Source of the DNA: Myxococcales bacterium
GTDB lineage: Bacteria; Myxococcota_A; UBA9042
Length of the DNA: 51,405 nt
Direction: 5' to 3'
NCBI GenBank assembly: GCA_037441385.1
Contig: JBBISH010000033.1
Location: 1-51,405 of the forward strand
In this document: positions 38,020 to 49,136 of the stretch, one piece after another
How the letters are laid out: every line of letters begins with the position of its first letter
Position numbering within the stretch: position 1 is the stretch's first letter
Position numbers and translations under genes: made by a program
Notes under the pieces: model-generated
The model's database searches: none
The model's input: only the letters and a program-made list of their open reading frames with translations
What the model was told of the DNA's origin: nothing

Positions 38020-39516
38020 ATGCCTTCCCAGTCCAACGCCCTTCCCCGCGCCGCCGGCGTCCTGCTCCACCCCTCTTCGCTGCCCGGCCCGCACGGCATC
38101 GGCGATATCGGCCCCATTTCTCACGAATTCGTCGACTGGCTGCACGAAGCCGGCGTCAAGGTCTGGCAGGTGCTGCCGCTGGGGCCCACGGGCGGTGGCG
38201 ACTCGCCCTACGCCAGTCCGGCGTCGATGGCGGGCAACCCGTGGCTGGTGGCGCTGGAGCCACTTGTCGATGGGCAACTTCTCAAGCAAGATGAACTGGT
38301 TGGGCCTGCACTCGCCAACGACTACGTCGACTTTGGTGGCATGATCGCCTGGAAACAGGACCGTTTGCACCTGGCCGCCGATCGGCTGCTCGCTCAGCCG
38401 CGCCATCCGTGGTACGGCGAACTGCAGCAATTCCGCACGGATCACCCATGGGTGCTGGACGCAGCGCTGTTCCAGGTCCTGCGCGAAGCGCGCGAGTACC
38501 GGCCGTGGTGGACCTGGGAGCCGGACCTGCGCGGCCGCAAGCCGGCGGCGCTGCAGTTCGTACGCGAGGCGCAGCGGGTCCAAGTCGACCGCTACATCGT
38601 GCTGCAGTACTTCTTTGATCGGCAGTGGCGGGCGTTGCGGCAGTACGCGCGGAGCCGCGGCATCGAATTCCTGGGCGACGTGCCGATCTACGTCGATGCC
38701 GACAGCGCCGACACGTGGTGCCAGCCCGGACTGTTCCAGTTGGATCCCAGCGGACAGCCCAGCGCGGTGGCCGGAGTTCCGCCCGATTATTTCAGCGAGA
38801 CCGGGCAGTTGTGGGGCAATCCGCTCTACGATTGGCCGGCAATGCACAAGACCCAGTACCGCTGGTGGTCGGCGCGCCTCAAGCGAGCGTTGCAGCTGGT
38901 CGACCGGGTCCGCATCGACCACTTTCGCGGCTTTGCCGCCTATTGGGCCGTGCCGCAGGGGGCCGAAGACGCCCGCGGCGGGGCGTGGCAACCCGGCCCA
39001 GGGATTGCCCTTTTCCGAGCACTGGCCCGCGACCTGGGCAGCCTGCCGCTGGTGGCGGAAGACCTGGGCGTGGTCGACGACGACGTCATCTCCCTGCGCG
39101 AAGGAGCCGGCCTACCGGGCATGCTGGTCCTGCAGTTTGCCTTTGGCGACGACGCCCACAACCCGTTCTTGCCGCACAACCATGTGGCCAACGCGGTGGT
39201 CTACACGGGCACACACGACAACGACACCACGCTGGGTTGGTGGCAGAACAGCCCGGATGTACGGGCCAAAGTCGCCGACTACCTGGGCAAGCCGCTGCTG
39301 GCCGATGTGCCCTGGACGATGGTCCGCCTGGCGATGCAGTCCGTGGCGCAATTGGCAGTGGTGCCACTGCAAGACGTGCTGGAGCTGGCCAGCGAGGCCC
39401 GCATGAACGTCCCCGGCCAACCGGAAAAGAACTGGGCATGGCGGGTGTTGCCGGGTCAGCTGACGCTGGAGCACGCCAAGCGGCTGGCGCACCTGGTCAA
39501 GCTGTACGGCAGATAG
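38020..39516 (+). CDS. malQ: 4-alpha-glucanotransferase (GH77)
   Basis: AGVLLHPSSLPG, WQVLPLGP, GDVPIYV, AGVPPDYFSETGQLWGNPLY, RIDHFRG, AEDLG and YTGTHDNDT. Confidence 0.96.
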   Translation: MPSQSNALPRAAGVLLHPSSLPGPHGIGDIGPISHEFVDWLHEAGVKVWQVLPLGPTGGGDSPYASPASMAGNPWLVALEPLVDGQLLKQDELVGPALANDYVDFGGMIAWKQDRLHLAADRLLAQPRHPWYGELQQFRTDHPWVLDAALFQVLREAREYRPWWTWEPDLRGRKPAALQFVREAQRVQVDRYIVLQYFFDRQWRALRQYARSRGIEFLGDVPIYVDADSADTWCQPGLFQLDPSGQPSAVAGVPPDYFSETGQLWGNPLYDWPAMHKTQYRWWSARLKRALQLVDRVRIDHFRGFAAYWAVPQGAEDARGGAWQPGPGIALFRALARDLGSLPLVAEDLGVVDDDVISLREGAGLPGMLVLQFAFGDDAHNPFLPHNHVANAVVYTGTHDNDTTLGWWQNSPDVRAKVADYLGKPLLADVPWTMVRLAMQSVAQLAVVPLQDVLELASEARMNVPGQPEKNWAWRVLPGQLTLEHAKRLAHLVKLYGR

Positions 39517-39528
39517 CGGGCGGGCGGC

Positions 39529-40518
39529 TCAGGTAAAGCCCAGCACCCGGCCCTTGGCATGATGGGCGGTCAGGTCCCACAGGACGCCCATGCGCAGCCC
39601 GTCCATCGACACCAGCCAGCCCGGCAAGCTCAGGACCTGGGCCAACTGCTCGTAAATGAGCGCTCCGCCCAGCAAGATGTCCGACCGGCTGGGGTCCATA
39701 CCGGGCACGCACAGGCGCTCGGTGTTGGTGGGCGCGGCCTCGATCGCCGCCGTCACGTCCTGCACATCCGCGTTGCTCAGGTGCAGACCGTGCACCGACT
39801 CCGTCACCTTGCCGGCCATCGCCTGCTGAATGCGGGCGACCCGCTGGATGGTCCCGGCCACACCGATGGCGATATCGATCGGCAGCTGCCGCAAGGCGCG
39901 GAGATCGCGATCGAGGATGGCCCGCAGCTCGGCGCGCGCCTGGGCCACGGCTTCGGGTAGGACGGGATCGGTACCCAGCCAGGTCCGTGTCACCACCAGC
40001 GCACCCAACGGGATGCTCTGGGCGTGCAACACCTCGCCATTCCTACTCAAGAGCAGCTCGGTCGAGCCTCCCCCCACATCGGCGCACAGAACCGCACCCT
40101 TGATGCGATCGGCCATGCCGCCCAGCACGCCGCGCCAGGCCAGTTGGGCCTCTTCGACGCCCTCGATCACTTCGACTTTGATTCCAGTCTGTTCACTTAG
40201 ACGCGCCGCCACCTCGGCGCCGTTCTTGGCAGCACGGAACGCCGCCGTCGCCACACAGCGAAGTTGCTGCACCCGCCAATTGGCCAGCACCAGCTTGAAG
40301 CGCTCCAGGGCTTCGGCGACCCGCGCCTCGGCCGTGGGCGAAAGTAGCCCATCCGGCCCAACCTCGTCGCGCAACCGAGCAGCATCCTTGTGCTTGGCTA
40401 CTTGCACCAGCGAGCCGTCGCGCAGCACCACCGCAACCAGCAGGCAGATCGAATTCGAGCCGATGTCGATGACCGCGACGGGTTCCAAGATGTCCTCCTC
40501 GCGCACGGTGATCTGCAC
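39529..40518 (-). CDS. ppx: Ppx/GppA family phosphatase (short form, no HD domain)
   Basis: VIDIGSNS, VATAAFRAAKN, IEGVEEA, DVGGGSTE, AGT, RSDILLGG and GLRMG. Confidence 0.9.
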   Translation of the reverse strand: MQITVREEDILEPVAVIDIGSNSICLLVAVVLRDGSLVQVAKHKDAARLRDEVGPDGLLSPTAEARVAEALERFKLVLANWRVQQLRCVATAAFRAAKNGAEVAARLSEQTGIKVEVIEGVEEAQLAWRGVLGGMADRIKGAVLCADVGGGSTELLLSRNGEVLHAQSIPLGALVVTRTWLGTDPVLPEAVAQARAELRAILDRDLRALRQLPIDIAIGVAGTIQRVARIQQAMAGKVTESVHGLHLSNADVQDVTAAIEAAPTNTERLCVPGMDPSRSDILLGGALIYEQLAQVLSLPGWLVSMDGLRMGVLWDLTAHHAKGRVLGFT

Positions 40519-40838
40519 ATCGCCCCCCTTGTCTCCACCCCACCTGATTCACGCAGGTACGGCACTGATGACCCGTTCTGCTCTTGGCGAGAATCAGGCG
40601 GGGACCCCGGTTCGGGCCCGAAGAATTGCCCGAGTTTTCGATCCGATTCGATCGGAACCGGCAGGATGCCGATTGTGGTCGAGGCGCGCGCTGCCGGCAA
40701 GCGATCGCAGACAGTCTCTGCCGCCGCGCCGAACCTTGTTGCCGACCGACTGGCTCGCACCGCTGCGGGCACCTGCCCCAGTTGCCGGTGGGCTGGGCCT
40801 GCCGTAGGCTGTGGCGGTCGCACTCGCCGAGGTTTCGC

Positions 40839-41918
40839 ATGTACCGCCGCCACGCCCTCTCGTTGCTCGTTGGCCTGCTGCCGGCAGCGCTTTTGCCCCT
40901 GAACGCCTGCGAGAGCGAGACCGCCACCCCTGTTGCGGCCAAGCCGACCTGGCAACTGCCCGTCACGGAGTATTCGGGAGCGTTCTTCTCGGCTTGGGGC
41001 ACCTCTTCCAGCGATGTTTGGATCGTGGGCGCGGCCGATCACAACACCGCCAACAGCGGCCCCGCCGTGCTGCACTTCGATGGCAGCGGCTGGCAGAAAA
41101 CGGTGGTAGATGCCCCCGGGATCGACTTTTGGTGGGTCTCGGGCCTGGCCGGTGGTGACACCTGGTTTGCCGGAACCAAGGGCACCATCGCCCGCTGGCA
41201 CCGCGCCTCCAGCAAGATTGAGGTCGAAAAAACGCCCGGTACGGACCACATCTTTGGCCTGCTGCCCGTCAGCGCGACGGACGTGTGGGCAGTCGGCGGC
41301 TCGCTGGGCTGCGGCGCGCCCAACAACAAATGCGGCGTGGTCTGGCACTTCGACGGCACGGCGTGGGCCAAAGCCGACGTGCCCGCCAACCTGCTCACGG
41401 GCGCGACCCAATGGTTCAAGGCCTGGAAGCACAACGGCATCCTGTGGATCGTGGGCGCCGAAGGCAAGGTCTTGCGCTACGACGGCAGCACCTGGACCAG
41501 CCCGGCCACACCCAGCGACCGCACCATCCTGACCATCCACGGCAACGGCGCGCTTCTGGCCGCGGTGGGCGGCGCCGGCACTGGCGACATCTTGGAGCTG
41601 GGCAGCGACGGCGCTTGGCAGAAGGTGACGCCCAGCGCCATTTTCCCCATGATGAACGGCGTCTACGTGCCCAAGGACGGCAATGCGGTCGCCGTGGGCG
41701 GCGGCGCGGCCATCGCCAGGCGCACGGCCGGCGCGTGGGCTCAAGACAAGGTCGCCCGCAACGCGCTGGAAGACCTGGGCGCGTACGAGGACTTCCACGG
41801 TGTCTACGTGGATCCCGACGGTGGCGTGTGGGCGGTGGGTGGGCAGATCATCTCGGACCCGCCGGTGCTGGGGCAGGTGTGCTACTTTGGCAGCAAGAAA
41901 GTACCCAAGCTGAAGTAA
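40839..41918 (+). CDS. Beta-propeller-type lipoprotein (WGxSxxDVWxVG / HFDGxxW repeats)
   Basis: GAGG RBS and ATG 40839; lipobox LNAC; repeats AWGTSSSDVWIVG, DVWAVG, LHFDGSGW and RYDGSTW. Confidence 0.8.
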   Translation: MYRRHALSLLVGLLPAALLPLNACESETATPVAAKPTWQLPVTEYSGAFFSAWGTSSSDVWIVGAADHNTANSGPAVLHFDGSGWQKTVVDAPGIDFWWVSGLAGGDTWFAGTKGTIARWHRASSKIEVEKTPGTDHIFGLLPVSATDVWAVGGSLGCGAPNNKCGVVWHFDGTAWAKADVPANLLTGATQWFKAWKHNGILWIVGAEGKVLRYDGSTWTSPATPSDRTILTIHGNGALLAAVGGAGTGDILELGSDGAWQKVTPSAIFPMMNGVYVPKDGNAVAVGGGAAIARRTAGAWAQDKVARNALEDLGAYEDFHGVYVDPDGGVWAVGGQIISDPPVLGQVCYFGSKKVPKLK

Positions 41919-41933
41919 GTGCCGCGCCAGCCC

Positions 41934-41981
41934 AAAAAAACAGAGCGGGCGGGCTTACTTGCGCAAACCCGCCCACCCGCC
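41934..41981 (-). terminator. Rho-independent terminator after sodC (possibly bidirectional)
   Basis: Minus-strand GGGCGGGTT...AAGCCCGCCC hairpin followed by a T7 run, between convergent genes. Confidence 0.65.
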
Positions 41982-41992
41982 TTGTTCCAGTG

Positions 41993-42658
41993 CTACGGCT
42001 TGCTGACGCCGATCAGCCCGCAAGCGATGCGACCGCCCGCGTTGCCGGTCGGCTGGCCGCCATCGTCGGTCTTGGCGTGGACGATGACGCTGCGCCCGAT
42101 GACCGCGAACTTCTTGCCGACGGTCAAGTTGTCGACCACGATCGAGTACTTGGCCTTGCCGTCCTTGTCGGCGGTCAGGTTGCCCAGGTCGCCGGCGTGG
42201 CGCTTGGGCGCCTTGTCCGGAAGGCCGTGGTCGTGGCCGCCGGGGTTGTAGTGGCCGCCGGCCGAGCTGCCGTCCGGCGCCGAGCAATCGCCAAACTCGT
42301 GAACGTGAAACGCGTGCTGTTGCCCTGGGTTCAGGCCTTCCAGTTCGGCCGTGACCGTGACCTTGCCGCCCTCGCCTTCCACAAACTTGACGGTGCCCTT
42401 GACCTTGCTGCCCGCGGTGGGCTGCATTTGCGCCAGCGCCGCGGTAGGTGCGCCCTCGCAGCAATCGGGCGAACACGGCTTGCCGTCGGGACCAGTGCAC
42501 GGTTTGCCGTCGTCCGCTTTCTTGTCTGCAGCTTTGGCGGGCTCGGCCTTTGCAGGTTCCGTCTTGGCGTGCTCGGGCTTCTTGTCGTCCTTGCCAGCCA
42601 GCGCCGGCACCGCCAACAGGGCCGAGAGAACCGCGGCCAATGCTAGATACTTCTTCAT
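41993..42658 (-). CDS. sodC: Periplasmic Cu/Zn superoxide dismutase
   Basis: Signal peptide MKKYLALAAVLSALLAVPALA; HAFHVHE, GGHYNP, HDHG, HAGDLGN, GRSVIVH and GNAGGRIACG. GAGG RBS. Confidence 0.95.
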   Translation of the reverse strand: MKKYLALAAVLSALLAVPALAGKDDKKPEHAKTEPAKAEPAKAADKKADDGKPCTGPDGKPCSPDCCEGAPTAALAQMQPTAGSKVKGTVKFVEGEGGKVTVTAELEGLNPGQQHAFHVHEFGDCSAPDGSSAGGHYNPGGHDHGLPDKAPKRHAGDLGNLTADKDGKAKYSIVVDNLTVGKKFAVIGRSVIVHAKTDDGGQPTGNAGGRIACGLIGVSKP

Positions 42659-42678
42659 GAATCCTCGCTCGTGACTCG

Positions 42679-44001
42679 CTAGGCCAGCCCCAGTTCCGCG
42701 TCGACCAGGCTGAGAGCGCGGTCGATGATGTCGAAGCCCTCGGCCATCTCGGCCTCGGTGATGCACAGAGGCGGGTTGGTCATGATGGTGCCCCACTGAA
42801 TGTGGGTGAACAGACCGTTGTCGCGGAAGAATTTGCCCACCTTGGCCATCACCGGGTGGGCGCCGGCGTACGGTACCAGCCGCTCGCCATCCAGATCCTT
42901 CTGCAATTCGATGAGCCCAAACAAGCCGATGTTGCGATGGGTGCGAACACACTTGTGTTTCGCTGCGAGACGGCGCATGTGGCCGTCCATCACGATGCCC
43001 ATCCGCGCGGCGTTCTCGATCATGCCCTCGTCGATCATCACGTCGACCGCCGCCAGCGCCGCCGCCAGGCACACCGGGTGGGCGTTGTACGTCAAGCCGC
43101 CGTAGAACACGTTCTCGCGGAAGTGGTTGGCGATCTTGTCCGACACGCCCATCACGCCCAGCGGCAAATACGAGCTCGTCACGCCCTTGGCCATGGTCAC
43201 GATGTCCGGGACGATGTCGCCGTGCTCGAAGGCCAGCTTCTTGCCCGTGCGACCCCAGCCGGCCATCACCTCGTCGCAGATGAGCAAGATGCCGTACTTG
43301 CTCAGCAACGCCTTGAGCCCCTGTAGGTAGCCCTTGGGCGGAATCAGGATGCCGTTGGTGCCGGTCACCGTCTCGATGAACATGCCGGCAATCGTGTGCG
43401 GCCCCTCGAACCGGATGACTTCTTCCAGGTAAGTCAGATTGTTGTGAACGATCTCCTCGTCCGTCTTGCCAAAGCTGTAGTCCCACGGCACCGGGTCCAT
43501 CACCCGCACCACACCGGGGATGCCGGGCTCATTGGGCCAGCGGCGCGGGTCACCGGTCAGGGTCATCGCGCCGGCAGTGGCGCCGTGGTAGCTGCGGTAG
43601 CGGACCAAGATCTTCTGCCGGCCCGTAAACAGGCGCGCCGCCTTGATGGCGTTCTCGTTCGCCTCGGCGCCGCCCAGCGTGTAGAAGAAGGTGTTGATGT
43701 CGCCGGGAACCAACTCAGCCAAACGTTTGGACAACTTGGCCCGCACCTCCGTCGCGACGCCCGGGTAAACAAAGATCAACTGGTCCAGCTGGTCCTTGAT
43801 CGCCTGGATGACCTTGGGGTGGCCGTGGCCGATGTTCACGCTCATCAATTGACTGTTGAAATCCAGCCACTTCTGACCATCGGGGCCGTAGAGGTAGACT
43901 CCCTTGGCGGTGGCCACCGGCATGGGGTCGACCTTGCCAGTCGCGGACCACGAAAACAGGCTGTGCTGCTTGCACAGGTCGATCATTTCTTGGGAATTCA
44001 T
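42679..44001 (-). CDS. Class III PLP aminotransferase (probable beta-alanine/omega-amino acid transaminase)
   Basis: WLDFNSQLMSVNIGHGHP, GGAEANENA, SYHG, ICDEVMAGWGRTG, TMAKG and GLTY. Downstream of hydA. Confidence 0.9.
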   Translation of the reverse strand: MNSQEMIDLCKQHSLFSWSATGKVDPMPVATAKGVYLYGPDGQKWLDFNSQLMSVNIGHGHPKVIQAIKDQLDQLIFVYPGVATEVRAKLSKRLAELVPGDINTFFYTLGGAEANENAIKAARLFTGRQKILVRYRSYHGATAGAMTLTGDPRRWPNEPGIPGVVRVMDPVPWDYSFGKTDEEIVHNNLTYLEEVIRFEGPHTIAGMFIETVTGTNGILIPPKGYLQGLKALLSKYGILLICDEVMAGWGRTGKKLAFEHGDIVPDIVTMAKGVTSSYLPLGVMGVSDKIANHFRENVFYGGLTYNAHPVCLAAALAAVDVMIDEGMIENAARMGIVMDGHMRRLAAKHKCVRTHRNIGLFGLIELQKDLDGERLVPYAGAHPVMAKVGKFFRDNGLFTHIQWGTIMTNPPLCITEAEMAEGFDIIDRALSLVDAELGLA

Positions 44002-44095
44002 GTTTGTTCCTTGTTGGGCGCGGGCCGGAGCGCGGCGTGCGCTGCCCGGCGCGGGCGCAGCATAGCAGGGATTGGCGGGGAAGGCTGCGGTCTGG

Positions 44096-45559
<1,464 letters not shown>

Positions 45560-45662
45560 CTACGGCAAATGCCATATAGCCAGGTGCTACCTTCCAAGCA
45601 CCGCGGTTGCCATCAAGCAACCCCTCTCCTCAGCGCGTTGAGGAGAGGGGTGACGCCGATAG

Positions 45663-45809
45663 GCGGCGGGGTGAGGAGCGGCGTTGTCGGTGCACCACGG
45701 ATCAGAATGTTCGACATGACGTTCTCCTACCTAACTACTTGATCTTTGCGATGGGTTGAATGCCCTCACCCCCAACCCCTCTCCCAACGCGTTGGGCGAG
45801 GGGCGCTAA
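45663..45809. repeat. Direct repeat, copy 1 (about 147 bp), containing an SD sequence and the first 8 codons of hydA
   Basis: 45663-45744 is identical to 45956-46037 (offset 293). Similarity continues to 45809/46102. Confidence 0.9.
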
Positions 45810-45955
45810 GTCATTCAAAATTCCACGAACCCATCTGAACCTCAGCGAGGAAAAGCCCCTCTCCCCAGCGCGTTGGGGAGGGGACCCCGCGGTCGCCCGG
45901 AGGGCGATTCTGGAAGTCCAGCGGACTTGCAGAAAGCGGGGAGGGGCAGCCGCTT

Positions 45956-46102
45956 GCGGCGGGGTGAGGAGCGGCGTTGTCGGTGCACCACGGATCAGAA
46001 TGTTCGACATGACGTTCTCCTACCTAACTACTTGATCATTGGGGAGGTTCGTATGCCCTCACCCCCAACCCCTCTCCCAACGCATTGGGCGAGGGGCGCT
46101 AA
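45956..46102. repeat. Direct repeat, copy 2 (about 147 bp), containing an SD sequence and the first 8 codons of hydA
   Basis: See copy 1. The 31-bp core CACCACGGATCAGAATGTTCGACATGACGTT is also at 45514-45544, across the real hydA start. Confidence 0.9.
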
Positions 46103-46313
46103 ATTCTTCCGAATTCAGGGTCTCCAGCTGTGCCAGCGCCCTCAGGCAACCCCGTTTCTCGCAGCGCGCTGGGCGATCGGCACCAAGCCAAGATAAATTC
46201 AATGATTCCACCCGAACGATAGCCTTCGAGCAACCCCTCTCTCCAGTGCGTTGGAGAGAGGGGTGACGCCGTGAGGCGTCGGGGTGTGAGGCGGCGTGGC
46301 ACGGCCGGCGTGG

Positions 46314-47585
46314 CTAGTGCGCTCCTTTCTTGGGTCGAATCGCCTTGCCCTGGTACAGGTACTCGTTCCACGACGCTGGCGCGTAGCCGTTGTCCACTTC
46401 GGCCATGGTGATGCAGTCGGGCACCGGGCAGACGATCTTGCACAGGTTGCAGCCCACGCACTCGCTCTCGTCCACGCGGGGGACGCGCGTGCCCTCTTGC
46501 GGATGGATGCATTGGTGGGCGCCATCCATGCACGCCACCAGGCAGGCCTGGCAGCCGATGCACGACTTCTCGTTGATTTTGGCGACGATTTCGTAGTTGA
46601 GGTCCAGGTCGCCCCAGTGCGTGTAGTTGGGGATGGCCTTGCCCACCATCTGGTCGATGGTCTCAAAACCATGCGACTTCATGTAGCCTTCTAGGCCTTC
46701 AATCATGTCCTCGACGATGCGGTAGCCCTTGAGCATCACCTCGGTGCAGACCTGGACAGAAGACGAGCCGAGCAGGATGAACTCGACCGCGTCGCGCCAA
46801 TTGGTGACACCGCCGATGCCACTGATCGGCAAGCCAAAGTTGGGGTTCTGCGCCAGCTGCGCCACCATGTGCAGCGCGATCGGCTTGACGGCCGCACCGC
46901 AATAGCCGCCGTTGGTCGACAGTCCGGCCACCCGTGGCTCCATCACAAACCGGTCGATATCCAAGCCGATGATCGACTTGATGGTGTTGATCAGCGACAC
47001 ACCATCGGCGCCGCCACGCTTGGCCGCCAGGCCATGGGGGTTGATGTCGCCCACGTTCGGCGTCAGCTTGACCAGCACCGGCACAGTCGAGTACTGCTTG
47101 GCCCAACTGGTGATTTTCTCGTTGACTTTGGGCTCTTGGCCCACCGCCGAGCCCATGCCGCGCTCGCACATGCCGTGCGGGCAGCCAAAGTTGAGCTCCA
47201 GACCATCGGCGCCGGCGTCGATCGAGCGCTTGATGATGTCCTTCCACTCCTCTTCGGTCTCGACCATCAGCGACACGACGACGGCGTGCTTGGGGTACTT
47301 CAGCTTGGTCTCGTAGATTTCGCGGAAGTTGACCTCGAGCGGCCGGTCGGTGATGAGCTCGATGTTGTTGAAGCCCGCACCGCGCACGCCGCCGATGGTG
47401 TGGCCGGCAAAGCGCGACGACACGTTCTGGATCGGCTGGCCCAGCGTCTTCCACACCGCGCCGCCCCAGCCGGCGTCAAACGCGCGCTGCACCTGGGCGC
47501 CCGAGTTGGCCGGCGGCGCCGAGGCAAGCCAAAACGGGTTGGGCGATTGAATTCCCGCACAGTTGGTCCACAAACTGGGCATCAT
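46314..47585 (-). CDS. preA: NAD-dependent dihydropyrimidine dehydrogenase subunit PreA
   Basis: NPFWLASAPP, GWGGAVWKT, NNIELI, ELNFGCPHGM, VKLTPN and SLINT; two C-terminal CxxCxxCxxxC 4Fe-4S motifs. Confidence 0.95.
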   Translation of the reverse strand: MMPSLWTNCAGIQSPNPFWLASAPPANSGAQVQRAFDAGWGGAVWKTLGQPIQNVSSRFAGHTIGGVRGAGFNNIELITDRPLEVNFREIYETKLKYPKHAVVVSLMVETEEEWKDIIKRSIDAGADGLELNFGCPHGMCERGMGSAVGQEPKVNEKITSWAKQYSTVPVLVKLTPNVGDINPHGLAAKRGGADGVSLINTIKSIIGLDIDRFVMEPRVAGLSTNGGYCGAAVKPIALHMVAQLAQNPNFGLPISGIGGVTNWRDAVEFILLGSSSVQVCTEVMLKGYRIVEDMIEGLEGYMKSHGFETIDQMVGKAIPNYTHWGDLDLNYEIVAKINEKSCIGCQACLVACMDGAHQCIHPQEGTRVPRVDESECVGCNLCKIVCPVPDCITMAEVDNGYAPASWNEYLYQGKAIRPKKGAH

Positions 47586-47644
47586 AACCTCACGTTGAGT
47601 AATCCAATAATCTGAATTTGTTGGGATGGTGTCCTGCAGACGCC

Positions 47645-48985
47645 CTATTTGCTGCGGAAGTATTGGTCGATGCCACGGGCTGCGGCCTTGCCCTCGGCCG
47701 CGGCGTTGACCACTTCTTTGCCGCCGTTGCGGCAGTCGCCACCGGCGTACCAGCCCTTGCGCCCGGTCGCGCCATCGGCGCCGGCCTGCACCACGCCCTT
47801 GTCGACCACGATGCCCGGCAAGCTGGCCACCAGCGCCCCCAGCTTGGACTGGCCAATGGCGAGCAGCACCAAGTCAGCGTCCAGCGTCACTTTTTCGCCC
47901 GTCGGCTGCTTCTTGCCGTCCAGCTTGGCGCAAACGGCTTTCTGCACGCGACCTTGGCCTTCAAAAGCCACGGGCACGGCTTGCCATTCAGCGCGCGCGC
48001 CGGCCAGCACCGCCGCTTTCCACTCGTGCTGATAACCCGGCATGCCGGCAGCAGTTCCACGGTAGACCATCCGCACATCGGGGATGTCCAGCGTCAGCGC
48101 CTCGCGCACACAGTCCAGTGCCGTATTGCCGCCGCCAATGACCAGCACCGAGCGAACCGCCCCAAGGTCGACCTTCTTCAGCTTGATGTCCTCGATCCAG
48201 GCGACCGCGCCCACCACACCCGGCAGATCCTCGCCGGGCACGGGCATCGGCGTGTCGGGACCCAGGCCCATACCCAGGAACACCGCATCAAAGTCGCGCT
48301 CGAGCTGCTCGAACGTGACGTCCTTGCCCACCTCGACGCCGGTGCGGACTTCGATACCACCGATACCAAGAATCCAGTCCACTTCTTGCAGACTTACGTC
48401 TGCCTTCATCTTGTGGGGCGCGACGCCAAAGGTGTTGAGTCCGCCCAACTCCTGGCGTTTTTCGAAAATAGTTGGGCTGTGGCCCAAGCGACGCAGCTCG
48501 TGCGCACAGGCCAAGCTGGCCGGGCCTGCACCGATGAGCGCGACCTTTTTTCCAGTCGTCTCGCCAGCTTGGAAGAACTGCTCGCCGCTCTGGAGCGCCC
48601 AATCGGTGGCAAAGCGCTGCAACCGACCGATTTGAATGGCTGGGTGCCCCAACTGGTTGTAGACGCAGGCCCCGGCGCAAAGCGTCTCGACCGGACAGAC
48701 GCGCGCGCACGAGGTACCCAGGATGTTCGCGTCAAAGATCGTGCGCGCCGAGCCATGCAGGTTGCCGGTGGCGATCTTGCGGATGAATTGCGCCACGTCG
48801 ATGTGGGTGGGGCAGGCGTTCATGCAGGGCGCGTCGCTGCAGTAGAGGCAGCGCAGCGCCTCGACCGTGGCCTGGTGGGCGGTAAATGCCGGTTTGTAGT
48901 CCGAAAAGATCGATTCCGAGCGGTCGATGGGCAGCGCACGGGCGGCAGCGTGGCTCGTGGGTGCGGGCTTGGAAATGGGCGCCAT
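47645..48985 (-). CDS. preT: Dihydropyrimidine dehydrogenase subunit PreT (GltD-like)
   Basis: EALRCLYCSDAPCMNACPTHID, CARVCPVETLCAGAC, IGAGPASL, IGGGNTALD and AGGDC. Adjacent to preA. Confidence 0.92.
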   Translation of the reverse strand: MAPISKPAPTSHAAARALPIDRSESIFSDYKPAFTAHQATVEALRCLYCSDAPCMNACPTHIDVAQFIRKIATGNLHGSARTIFDANILGTSCARVCPVETLCAGACVYNQLGHPAIQIGRLQRFATDWALQSGEQFFQAGETTGKKVALIGAGPASLACAHELRRLGHSPTIFEKRQELGGLNTFGVAPHKMKADVSLQEVDWILGIGGIEVRTGVEVGKDVTFEQLERDFDAVFLGMGLGPDTPMPVPGEDLPGVVGAVAWIEDIKLKKVDLGAVRSVLVIGGGNTALDCVREALTLDIPDVRMVYRGTAAGMPGYQHEWKAAVLAGARAEWQAVPVAFEGQGRVQKAVCAKLDGKKQPTGEKVTLDADLVLLAIGQSKLGALVASLPGIVVDKGVVQAGADGATGRKGWYAGGDCRNGGKEVVNAAAEGKAAARGIDQYFRSK

Positions 48986-49136
48986 CGTTTCTCCAGAGTA
49001 GGTTGAGGCCGACGTGGTCGTTGCGGGGACTGTACGCTGCGCGGAATTGGTGTCAAGAGAGGCGCACGCCTACCCATTTTGTTGTTGGAATGCTAGGCTG
49101 CGGGGTTGAAATGGCGGGCGAAGGCGTGAGGTAACT

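Larger units (their letters stand above)
45621..46291. repeat. Cluster of five REP-like palindromes (CCCCTCTCC...GG[AC]GAGGGG) at 45621, 45763, 45856, 46056 and 46234, in alternating orientation
   Basis: Examples: cccctctcctca-gcgcgt-tgaggagagggg and cccctctctcca-gtgcgt-tggagagagggg. Flanking CCTCACCCC/GGGGTGAGG arms. Confidence 0.8.

Noticed and set aside
42659..43486. Apparent long N-terminal extension on SodC (497-aa ORF)
   Set aside because: It is an alternative frame of the aminotransferase gene. The signal peptide and RBS place the start at 42658.
45735..46010. 91-aa ORF as a genuine hydA paralogue
   Set aside because: Only the first 8 residues match HydA; the rest is translated palindromic repeat. 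It is treated under the repeat finding instead.
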